From the NCBI RefSeq assembly GCF_046119375.1, contig NW_027362765.1, positions 418,128,001-418,192,000 on the forward strand: 64,000 nt of DNA. The letters are read 5' to 3'. The notes below the pieces were generated by a model. That model saw only the letters and a list, made by a program, of their open reading frames with translations. It was not told where the DNA came from and searched no databases. Position numbers and translations under genes: made by a program. This document shows, piece by piece, positions 26,462 to 36,811 of the stretch. The DNA is from Phyllobates terribilis. Lineage: Eukaryota. Every line of letters starts with the position of its first letter. Position 1 is the first letter of the stretch.

Positions 26462-28034
26462 AGAAGGAAACTCTGACAGTATAAATAGTTGCCCCTGGGG
26501 TATGTTAATTCGGTGCAATTTTCATGTATTTAATGTGTTTTTGCCTTGGTAATGGACAATTTAAGTGATATGGACACTTCCCTTGTTATCTCTAGTTACC
26601 CGTGAGGGTACATAAAGAACTTTGTGGCTGAGGACTGTGTGCAGCCCAAAAATTATTTGCTGTAAATAATTGCACTCCCTGGAGTGCCCCTTTAGGTGAC
26701 CTCAGAACAAAAACCTGTCTGGCGTGGCAGAAGTGGAGTTCCAACTCAGGATCGCCATGCCCTGCAGCCACCCCAGGGCCTACGTTGAGGGTTTGCTTTG
26801 GACAGGTTCAAGCAAAGTGCCTCCCATAAAGGGAAGAGTTATTGTTGTTACCTGTTATAAAAATTACTTCAGTCCGGGAGTACTGAGCTTTGTTAGGGGG
26901 GAATGTGGTGCCCTGCTGCGCATTGGTGCCACAGATCTCAGAGGGGTGCATGGATGGACTTCTCCACAAGAGGCCCTCATAGCATTCACACACCTCCACC
27001 CTACCACCTCAGACCACAAGAGGGAGCCGGGATATATACTGGAGGGTGAAGTTAGGCAGTCTGTTGAGAGGAGCTCCTGCAGAAGCTAGCCTGCAGTGGA
27101 GCTGAGTCAGTCCAGTCCAGACTCAGAGAGCTCACATTAGTGAGCCAGAGGTGTGCTGACACCAAAAGAGCGGTGAAGAGAAGCAAGGCCTACTGCCCGT
27201 GTGAAACCTAATGAGGGCCCCGAGCGTGGCCGAAGGCGAGTGGAGTAAAGAGAGCAACAAAAGGGGGCAGAGGAGCTTTACCCGCTCACCCCAAGAACAT
27301 ATACCAGACACCGGGTCTGCGTCTGCAGGGATTCCTTATACCCAGCAGAAATAACCAGAACCCCTGGAGAACTATATGTACCAGGAACACCAAAAGCTGA
27401 TTACGTACCAGGGTCAGGAGTCACAGAGGTCCCAGAGACCAGGGAGTGTGAACTCCAATAGAAGGCCCCACCACCAAGTCAGCAGGTGCAAGACAGAGAC
27501 CAAGTTAGGCCTAGCTCCAGGCAGGTCAGAAACTTATCAAGGAAAGGCAAGGAACAGGAGGCCCCCACACCTGCTCACTGGGGAGAGTCCTGATATGCAC
27601 CCTTCACCCTGAAGTACCCTGGACCGTGCCTGAAACACCACCAGTAAAGGTACTGAAGTGAACTGTTGTGTGAGTGCCTATCCTTCCTCTGACCCGGCTG
27701 GGTCCCCTCTGTCCTGCATCCCCCACTCCACCTGTGGGGAGTCGTACTAACTAAGCTGCCTAAACACCGGCCTCAGAGGAATGTCGCAGCGCTGGTGATC
27801 CGCACCAGACACCACGGGTGGCGTCACGAACATTCCCCTATCCCATCTATAACTTCCCCCCTTTCTTTTAAGAGTGGCCCCAGGGTACGGGTCCGGGAGC
27901 CGACCACCGCAACATCCCCCAAGGTCAGGCAACAACAAGGCCCGGGCGCCGAGTCGTCCCCATCCCCTGGGCGCGTCATTTACATATGCCGATTCCTGAG
28001 CAAAGTTTTGTTTTTTTTTGGCCAACCCCTTTAA

Positions 28035-28289
28035 AGAGGTTGTCCACAACTATTAACATTGCCCCCATGGATTTAAATTGTGGCAACAAGTCTTTTTGTA
28101 AATAACTTGCGTGTTCTTTATTGCCGGTGAGCGACGCTATCGCTGGCCGCTCATCAGGCATCATGTGGCCCCGGCTGCAGCCGGCTCCGACATCCGCTAA
28201 TCACGTCAAGTTGCGGCTGCAGCCAGGCGTGACTCAGTGACGCACTCCCCCCTGACTGATGGCAATGTTAATAGTTGTGGACAACCTCT
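28035..28289. mobile_element. T2-type TTAA MITE
   Basis: ttaa-AGAGGTTGTCCACAACTATTAACATTGCC ... GGCAATGTTAATAGTTGTGGACAACCTCT-ttaa, a perfect 29-bp TIR. Confidence 0.88.
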
Positions 28290-30239
28290 TTAAAGATATT
28301 GCCATGTATTGTTCTTGCAATCAAGTCGCCTAGAGGGACTAATACAAAAAAAAAAGTTTAAACCATTAAAAAAAAATGTTTTATTGATTTGATTTATTGG
28401 CATTTCTAAAAAAAAAAGTCTGAATTTTAAAAAATATAACAATTCTTGTCCTGGAAGCTCTGAATTTAACTACAGCCACTGAGGTCTGAATCTTCCAATC
28501 TGTTGATATTATATGTAGATTTAAATGTAGGGAACAGAGCGCACAATGTTTTGGTTTTTTTACCTGAAAAAGACGCCAGTACGGCTTTGAAACGCGTTGT
28601 TAATAAAAAGCCTTTTCATCATCATCTCTGAAGAATTGATTCACTTCAGCAGCGCAGCCCACCTACGTGTTTATCCAACTGGATCCAATCCGATGATATT
28701 AGAGCAGGATAAGAAAATCACAAACAAAATTTTAGGCAATGTTAATAAGGAATAATTATTGATTAGAGATCATTCTTTGAGATCAACAGTGGTGTCGCTA
28801 TATGGGTGTAAAAGTCGCAGTTTACCTTGAGCCATGGTATACGATTGAGCCCAAAGGCCAGATGTGTTACATTATAAAATATGATGGTTGGGGGGGCGCC
28901 CTGGATTGTGTTTCTTATTGAGCCCTGGAACTTTATTCTACCTCCAGTTACATGGTTTAGATTTTTTTTTTCCGTCTAACCAGTACCATAAAATGATAAA
29001 GTAATGAAATGTGCTTGGATGACTACCCACAAATTCCTTTCAAATACCACTCAGTATGGTTAGTTTGCACAGAGCCGAGGACGTCAAACCGGTCTACAAT
29101 GTAAGAAGCGCAAGTCTAGTAATAGGATACGACATCAAAGCAGCATCAACAGCGACAGGTTTGATTTTTCTTCTTAGTGTCATATAAATACATTTTACCT
29201 TCCTCAGGTTTGTAGGAAGAGTATTCTGCTGCCTTGCCATGAATTTAACGGATGCACAAGTGTTCCCAAACTGATAATCATACATACTTATACAACTGAT
29301 CACAGTGCCACAACGTGATGCTTCACAGGGCTTGCTCACACGAGCGTATACATCGGACAAATGCAACCAAATGTTTTATTGGATAGCACTTGGACCAATG
29401 TTACTCAATGGGGCAATGTAGATACACGATTTTTTTCACTCACTGAAATCGCGTGCCACTTACCCATTTAAGTCTATGGGTGCATCGAAGACACACATTT
29501 CGCACACAGAGACAATGGAGAAGATGGAGAAATTAATTTCTCCATCTTCACATCTGTGCTGCGATTCTCTGATGTGAATCAGTACTTTATTCACACTTTT
29601 CTACTCTTATGATGGTGCAGAAAACAGAATTCTTAATGTAGTAGTAGAGCCAGCTATTTACTATTAGAAAATTATTTTATACTTTATTTGCATTTCTGCA
29701 TTTTTCTGTTACATTATAGGAACAGACAAACAAAAATATCCGCAGTGTCAAAACCAGCACATGAGGAAAATCTGTGGTGCCCAAGAGACTCCATTTCGTG
29801 TTGGGTGTCCAACAAATGTGATTAGAGCCTGAATCAAGTATATTAACAAACCTTTTTTTAATGGTGGTTTTAAATTTATTTATTTTTATGAGATTAATCA
29901 TATAGAACATCTCAAGTTTAGCAAAATAATATTTCCACCCTCGTTATGTGTCTGCATCAATAAAGAGATTGACCAGAAATGTGAGCCTGGCTCCTGCATT
30001 CAGGATGGATTGGAGAGGGGAGAGCTTAATATCTGCCATATTCCACGAGTCCTTGACCCACTGATGCATTAAAAAAAGGGGAACCGTAATCTGAATTATA
30101 AGTCAGTTTTTTTACCCCAGAAAACAAAAAAATTAACTAATTTTTATTAGGCCTCCTTCACGTGTCTGTGTTTCCAGAACATGTGGAATCTGTTTTTTTC
30201 AGGGATACCGCACACATCCCTTATAACTTATAGTGCACA

Positions 30240-31024
30240 AGCGACCAGATGATCGCAGCTTCAAGTCTACCAAGGGGACTATTGAAAACAGTAAAAAGTG
30301 TAAAAAAAAGTTTTACTTTTTTTTTTCTTTACAAAAAATATAAAAGTTAAAATCACCCCACCTTTTTGTCTCATTCAAAATAAAACAATAAAAAAAAAAT
30401 TACACGTTTGGTATCGCTGCATTCAGAAACGCCTGATCTATCAAAATATAAACTAAATTAATCTGATCGGTAAACGGTGTAATGAGAAAAAATATCAAAA
30501 CACCAGAATTGCGTTTTTTGGTCGCCACAACGTTACAGCAAAATGCAATAACAGGCGATCAAAACATTGTATCTTCCCCAAAATGGTGTTTAAAAAAATG
30601 TCGGCTTGGTGAGCAAAAAAATAAGCTTTCACCCAGCCCCAGATCCCGAAAAAGGCAGTCGATACCGGTCTCTGAAAATGGCGCCATTTTTTTTTTTTTT
30701 TTTTACAAACTTTGGAATTTTTGTTCACTAATTAAATAAAAAAATACCTATACATGTTTGGTATCAATGAACTCGGAATGACCTGGAGAATCATAATGGC
30801 AGGTCAGTTTTAGCATTTAGATTTTACCATATCATGTACTGAAAAACAGGAAAAAAAAATTCCAAGTGCGGTGAAATTGCAAAAAAAGTGCAATTCCACA
30901 TTTTTTCTAAAAAAATTTTTCAGTACATGATATGGTAAAATCAATGGTGTCATTCAAGAGTATAACTCGTCCCACAAAAAACAAGACCTCACAAGGAAAA
31001 TCCCAAGGTCCGTAAAGGGGTTAA
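30240..31024. mobile_element. Probable one-ended remnant of a large non-autonomous TTAA DNA transposon (a similar-looking remnant lies at about 57200-57832)
   Basis: AT-rich repeat-like block ending in ggggttaa; the other end was not found. Confidence 0.4.
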
Positions 31025-31228
31025 CATTGCAAAGTATTGGAGAAGCTTTGTAATTTATTTCTTTATCCATATCCATACCAGAAAAACACTGATGACCACA
31101 GTGATGTTAAAAACGGACACGCTGATGACACGCTGATGGTAAGGCTGTCAAGTTCAAGTCAGGAGGCCCAAAACCAGTCTGTGTTTCACGGTCCGAGTAC
31201 GGACCATGAAACATGGATGTGTGAACCC

Positions 31229-31357
31229 GCTGAAGGTGACCACTATGGCCGCTAAGCTGAAGGTGACCACTATGGCCGCTAAGCTGAAGGTGACCACTAT
31301 GGCCGCTAAGCTGAAGGTGACCACTATGGCCGCTAAGCTGAAGGTGACCACTATGGC
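31229..31357. repeat. Perfect 27-bp tandem repeat, 4.8 copies
   Basis: Unit gctgaaggtgaccactatggccgctaa starts at 31229, 31256, 31283, 31310 and 31337 (partial). Confidence 0.97.
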
Positions 31358-32793
31358 TGTAGGTGGATAGCGTTTTTGCTTTCTTTTTGCTTTTTTTTTG
31401 CTGTCAGGTTCCCTTTAACTATATTTTAGCTGTAAATCATTAGTCACGGTGACGGCCTGAGGTGGAGCCAGGAAACCATTACTTAATCTGTATGTACAGT
31501 GAATGCGCTGAGTCACACTATACAGTAGGCGAAAACTGAAAGGACATATGGATGTGTAGCACCCTGAGGATTCGGCTGCTACAGGAGTATTGCACCTCAA
31601 CCCAGAGGTGTGATATTCCACTCCCGGGTAAGGATGGAGTGTGGAACTGAGCTCGGTAGGCTGCATGCACTACACACATCCCATTTCCGGGGAACAGGCC
31701 GACGGTACTCCCACTTAGAAATGTGCAGGTACGACCGAGTCTGTTCCTGGCTGGAGTGGGAGGGGGGGTGGTACATCCCATGTAGTGTAGGGGCAGATAG
31801 GGGGAGCAGCCTGGGTAAAGATAGGAGCTCATTGGGTGCTGGTCACCTGAGCTCACACATAGAGGGTGTATATAAGGTGGGCACCAACTAAGATCAGGGT
31901 CAGATGCAGAGGATCAGATGCAGAGAGTCAGTCAGCTGCAGAGAACAAGTCAGGAGCAGAGGAGAGAAGAAAGACAAAGACCCAGAGTGAGAGAGGAGAA
32001 AAGAGAGAGACCCAGAGCACAGAAGAGAAGGACTCTGAGATCCCAACTCAAAGCACCGGGTGAAGAGTCGGCATCAGGGTACCGGAACCCAAGCTGGTGG
32101 GGGTAAAAACATTCCCCAGCCAGAGACCGGAGACCGTGGGCAGCGTCTGCCACGGTCACCCATCACATCCACCCCGAAGGCACACCACATGAAGGGTCAG
32201 GGAACCCAGGGCCAAGGGTGTCCCAACAGAAGGCCCGAGGGAGCTGGACCTAGGTGGATTACTGGTGGGGACGGCCAGAGAACGGGACAGAAAGAGAGCT
32301 CAGGGCCACGCTCCGGACTTGTTTGGGGGTTGGCTGGATCCAGGACCTGGTGGACGCAGCACGGCTCGGGTGGTCACTAGCAGCTGGAGTGACCAGTACA
32401 ACATCTGCAGTAAGTAAACACCCTTAACTGCACAACCCGACTCTGTCTTCACTGCCGTCTGCACTACACCACCACAACCCCCATCCGCTGCGCCTGTCCC
32501 CTCTGAGGCTATACCCCTCCCGTTGGGGGTTATCCCACCAAGCTGCGCACCCACCATCAGCCTCAGCGGACCCTGCTGCAGCGGCGGCCACAGTGACCGC
32601 ATCACAACGGGTGGCGTAGTCGACACAAAAGAACTCTTAATAACATCTGTAGGACTGCCACATAACACTGAGCTTGACGCCCTGGGCACGGGCCGGGTCA
32701 CAGCCGCTCGGAGACTACAAACCCCCCCCCCATCTGATCCGGTGCCGGGTATTCCCCTCAAAAAGGAATATGTCCCAGGGGGCGCGTCAACTT

Positions 32794-32812
32794 TGGCGTA
32801 GTCGGCAGGATT
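32794..32812 (+). promoter_or_regulatory. Primer binding site, complementary to tRNA-Ser(AGA/TGA) 3' end (second copy at 36557-36575)
   Basis: TGGCGTAGTCGGCAGGATT begins 4 nt after the LTR end; matches, from recall, AATCCTGCCGACTACGCCA. Confidence 0.85.
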
Positions 32813-33048
32813 ACGTGCCCGCAACACCCGGGTACTGCGTGCCTGAAGAAAAGTGCAAGTTTACCTCAGAAAGAAGTCTCCCGCCGGTTCCGGAGGGTCC
32901 ACGCCATCGGACTCCATCACCAGTCGTTTCCCGCCGATTGTCCGCCATTTCCAACTTGTTCCCGCCATCTGCAGAGTTTCCCGCCACTGGGCGACGCTTC
33001 CCGCCAAAACCGCAGATTTCCCGCCTTGGAAGAGCAGCGGACGCCATT

Positions 33049-34842
33049 ATGGGCGTGCCAAAGGAGGGCGAGAGGCCGCCTCCCATCGTGGGCCGGGACA
33101 GAAAATGGCGCCAAAAGTGGAAACCGCCCCCACCAACGGAGACTGTGATGCTGGAGGTGTCTGTCAGCGTGAAAGAACTACCCCTGGAGCTGACAGTCAC
33201 CGAGTTGCCCCGGGACCGCCCTCGAAGTGGGAGGAGACGAAAGGAGAGAACAAAGATGGGTGCCGCCTGGAGGAGTCTGGAGCGAGCGCACCCGGAGACA
33301 AGAAGTCTGGAGAGGAGTAGCAGAGAAGCTCACCCGGAGATGTCCAGAGAGCAGAGCAGCACCGGCCCGCTGGCCAGGAGCCTGCTGGAAGAAGAGCAGA
33401 GCAGCACCGACCCGTTGGTCAGGAGCCTGCTGGACACCACGACCCCACTAGGCCTAGTGGAGGTCCTTGCACAGCTCCCCCGAGACCGGGAGTGTGCGCA
33501 GACTGCCCTGGAGGGCCTCGCACGGAGGATGGCCCGGGTACAGCGCGAGATATTGGCGGAATGGAGCCGGGAGATGGCCCAGCAAGCTGAAACCAAGACG
33601 CAAGCTGAAACCAAGACCCGGAGCACGCCAGCCGAGATGAGGAAGGAGACCGCCTCTGAGGATGGCGCGGGAGGACCCAAGGCCGGAGACGGCGCCGAGG
33701 AGGGAGCCGAACGCATGGAGGCAGGTAAAGGGGACGTCTATACCCCAAACCAGGACACCGCTTACCTGCCCCAGCTCCCCGTCGCAGAGCCCGAAAGTCC
33801 CCCTGCTGTGCCCGAAAACGCCATGTCACCGACGCAGACTAGGCCCCAACCGGAAGCCGCCGCCGCGACCCCTGTGACGTCACACGCCTCGACCCCGAGC
33901 GTGACCAAGCAGGAAGTACCACCAGCCTGGTCGCAAGGCCTAGTACCCCCGGGCGTCGCATCACCAACAGCGCCCCCTACCTCCGCGGAGCCTCCGGCCT
34001 GGCCGCAAGGCCAGGTAGCCCAGGGCGCCGCCGTCCTAACGGTGCCCTTCACCTTCCAGGTGCCCCAGGCCTGGCCGCAAGGCCTGGGCAACCCGGGCGC
34101 CACCACCACCGCGCCCGCACCCGTAAAACCAAGGGTGCCGCGTCTGGGAGAGGACTTGTTTGCCCAGCACACGTGGCCGGACGGGCAGCCTTTCATCTGG
34201 CCCCAGAAGTATTACGAACTGGAGCACCAGAGGAGGGTTGGGGCCATGTGTGCACCCCTGATTCCGGCTCCGAAGCCCGTAATAAGGATCTCGCCCCCGC
34301 TAGCGGAAGCACAGTTTGAGTGGGACCCCACCGGAGAAGATCTAATGGGGTTCACTCAGGAAACTAGGGCAGCTGCAGCAGAGCGTGCGGAGTGCTGCCG
34401 CCAACAGCTCGAGGAGTTTGCGAGGGAGCGGAGAGAGAGGCGGGTCCGGGAACAACAGGCCCAAATAAGGAGCGCCGAGCAAAAGAGCCGGACCAGGAGG
34501 GACCCCCGTGCAGCGCACAGTCCCCGTACCACCGGGACTGTAATCAAGTTCAACCAGCAGCATGGGTGGGGCTTCATTCGAGACAACAACACCCCCGGCG
34601 ACGTCTTTGTCACGCGCAGAGACGTGGAGTCCCATCTGCCGGAGGGGCACAGAGGTCGTGACCTCTACATCGGAGATGAGGTCACCTTTACCCGGCACAA
34701 GTGTGCCAAGGGACCTTATGCCCTCCACGTACACCGCCTGACGGAGGAGGAGTTGCGGTGCGAGGAGGAGGAGCAAGAAGACCCGGACGGGTCTGAAGTA
34801 ACAACCAGCTGTAAGCAAAGAGCAGGAGGAAGACGCCGTTGA
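33049..34842 (+). CDS. About 597-aa protein: low-complexity/Pro-rich N-terminus, coiled coil, C-terminal cold-shock (Y-box-like OB fold) domain at 34531-34740
   Basis: The frame is open from 32674. ATG 33049 has a good Kozak context, and an alternative ATG at 32770 lies in the LTR. GTVIKFN..HGWGFI..DVFV..GDEVTF..KGPYALHV aligns with the CSD consensus. Confidence 0.8.
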   Translation: MGVPKEGERPPPIVGRDRKWRQKWKPPPPTETVMLEVSVSVKELPLELTVTELPRDRPRSGRRRKERTKMGAAWRSLERAHPETRSLERSSREAHPEMSREQSSTGPLARSLLEEEQSSTDPLVRSLLDTTTPLGLVEVLAQLPRDRECAQTALEGLARRMARVQREILAEWSREMAQQAETKTQAETKTRSTPAEMRKETASEDGAGGPKAGDGAEEGAERMEAGKGDVYTPNQDTAYLPQLPVAEPESPPAVPENAMSPTQTRPQPEAAAATPVTSHASTPSVTKQEVPPAWSQGLVPPGVASPTAPPTSAEPPAWPQGQVAQGAAVLTVPFTFQVPQAWPQGLGNPGATTTAPAPVKPRVPRLGEDLFAQHTWPDGQPFIWPQKYYELEHQRRVGAMCAPLIPAPKPVIRISPPLAEAQFEWDPTGEDLMGFTQETRAAAAERAECCRQQLEEFARERRERRVREQQAQIRSAEQKSRTRRDPRAAHSPRTTGTVIKFNQQHGWGFIRDNNTPGDVFVTRRDVESHLPEGHRGRDLYIGDEVTFTRHKCAKGPYALHVHRLTEEELRCEEEEQEDPDGSEVTTSCKQRAGGRRR

Positions 34843-36811
34843 GTGCGGCAGAGAAGTGATGTAAATAGTTACCCGACCGGGTACCAAAGAAACTGTTGAT
34901 ATATATATATATAGTCCCCGTTGGGACCAGCTGAGTGAACTGCTTACCCGTTAACCCCTTAATCCCACAGGCTGAGGACTGTGAGCAGCCATTCCCTTCC
35001 CTCTACTGGCCGAGGACTGAGAGCGGCCACCTTCCCTTTTGTATATAGTTGCGCGTCCTAAAGCGCCCCCTACCGGTTTTATAGGAAAACCATTTTTCAA
35101 GAAAAGACTGTCGCACTTTTCCCGGACACACGTTGCACAGTGTCCGGAGGAGGAACCTGAAACAAGAGACGACGAGAATGTTTATATGAAAAGTTTTATA
35201 TATATAATGTTTTATATGTTTTATTATGTTTATATGAAAAAAAAAAAAATTTTTGTATGTTTTGGTGTTATTTATGTCTTACAGCCCGAGGACGTGCTGT
35301 GATTTACCAGGGGGGAATGTAGCACCCTGAGGATTCGGCTGCTACAGGAGTATTGCACCTCAACCCAGAGGTGTGATATTCCACTCCCGGGTAAGGATGG
35401 AGTGTGGAACTGAGCTCGGTAGGCTGCATGCACTACACACATCCCATTTCCGGGGAACAGGCCGACGGTACTCCCACTTAGAAATGTGCAGGTACGACCG
35501 AGTCTGTTCCTGGCTGGAGTGGGAGGGGGGGTGGTACATCCCATGTAGTGTAGGGGCAGATAGGGGGAGCAGCCTGGGTAAAGATAGGAGCTCATTGGGT
35601 GCTGGTCACCTGAGCTCACACATAGAGGGTGTATATAAGGTGGGCACCAACTAAGATCAGGGTCAGATGCAGAGGATCAGATGCAGAGAGTCAGTCAGCT
35701 GCAGAGAACAAGTCAGGAGCAGAGGAGAGAAGAAAGACAAAGACCCAGAGTGAGAGAGGAGAAAAGAGAGAGACCCAGAGCACAGAAGAGAAGGACTCTG
35801 AGATCCCAACTCAAAGCACCGGGTGAAGAGTCGGCATCAGGGTACCGGAACCCAAGCTGGTGGGGGTAAAAACATTCCCCAGCCAGAGACCGGAGACCGT
35901 GGGCAGCGTCTGCCACGGTCACCCATCACATCCACCCCGAAGGCACACCACATGAAGGGTCAGGGAACCCAGGGCCAAGGGTGTCCCAACAGAAGGCCCG
36001 AGGGAGCTGGACCTAGGTGGATTACTGGTGGGGACGGCCAGAGAACGGGACAGAAAGAGAGCTCAGGGCCACGCTCCGGACTTGTTTGGGGGTTGGCTGG
36101 ATCCAGGACCTGGTGGACGCAGCACGGCTCGGGTGGTCACTAGCAGCTGGAGTGACCAGTACAACATCTGCAGTAAGTAAACACCCTTAACTGCACAACC
36201 CGACTCTGTCTTCACTGCCGTCTGCACTACACCACCACAACCCCCATCCGCTGCGCCTGTCCCCTCTGAGGCTATACCCCTCCCGTTGGGGGTTATCCCA
36301 CCAAGCTGCGCACCCACCATCAGCCTCAGCGGACCCTGCTGCAGCGGCGGCCACAGTGACCGCATCACAACGGGTGGCGTAGTCGACACAAAAGAACTCT
36401 TAATAACATCTGTAGGACTGCCACATAACACTGAGCTTGACGCCCTGGGCACGGGCCGGGTCACAGCCGCTCGGAGACTACAAACCCCCCCCCCATCTGA
36501 TCCGGTGCCGGGTATTCCCCTCAAAAAGGAATATGTCCCAGGGGGCGCGTCAACTTTGGCGTAGTCGGCAGGATTACGTGCCCGCAACACCCGGGTACTG
36601 CGTGCCTGAAGAAAAGTGCAAGTTTACCTCAGAAAGAAGTCTCCCGCCGGTTCCGGAGGGTCCACGCCATCGGACTCCATCACCAGTCGTTTCCCGCCGA
36701 TTGTCCGCCATTTCCAACTTGTTCCCGCCATCTGCAGAGTTTCCCGCCACTGGGCGACGCTTCCCGCCAAAACCGCAGATTTCCCGCCTTGGAAGAGCAG
36801 CGGACGCCATT

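Larger units (their letters stand above)
19893..27978 (+). mobile_element. Full-length but decayed Ty3/Gypsy retrotransposon, tRNA-Ser primed
   Basis: LTRs 19893-20999 and 26904-27978 (TG...CA); TSD TTTA; PBS 21008-21026; PPT aggggggaa 26895-26903; gag-PR-RT-RH-IN order. Confidence 0.95.

Noticed and set aside
31229-31357. Regular 27-bp repeats as a CRISPR array
   Set aside because: Units are contiguous with no spacers, there are no cas genes, and the context is eukaryotic.
32300-32827. 175-aa minus-strand ORF and other ORFs repeated in each LTR
   Set aside because: They recur only because the LTR is repeated, are not preserved in the diverged solo LTR, and show no domain signal.
32674-33048. 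N-terminal 125 codons of the 722-aa ORF as listed in the track
   Set aside because: It starts at TTG inside the LTR and runs through the PBS. The ATG at 32770 is absent from the solo LTR (which reads actggccc there), so ATG 33049 is preferred. Not formally excluded.
34531-34740. Cold-shock domain as bacterial contamination or horizontal transfer
   Set aside because: It is embedded in an LTR element with a vertebrate-type tRNA PBS and a TSD in host DNA, and the loop length looks Y-box-like. A phylogeny is still needed to settle the origin.
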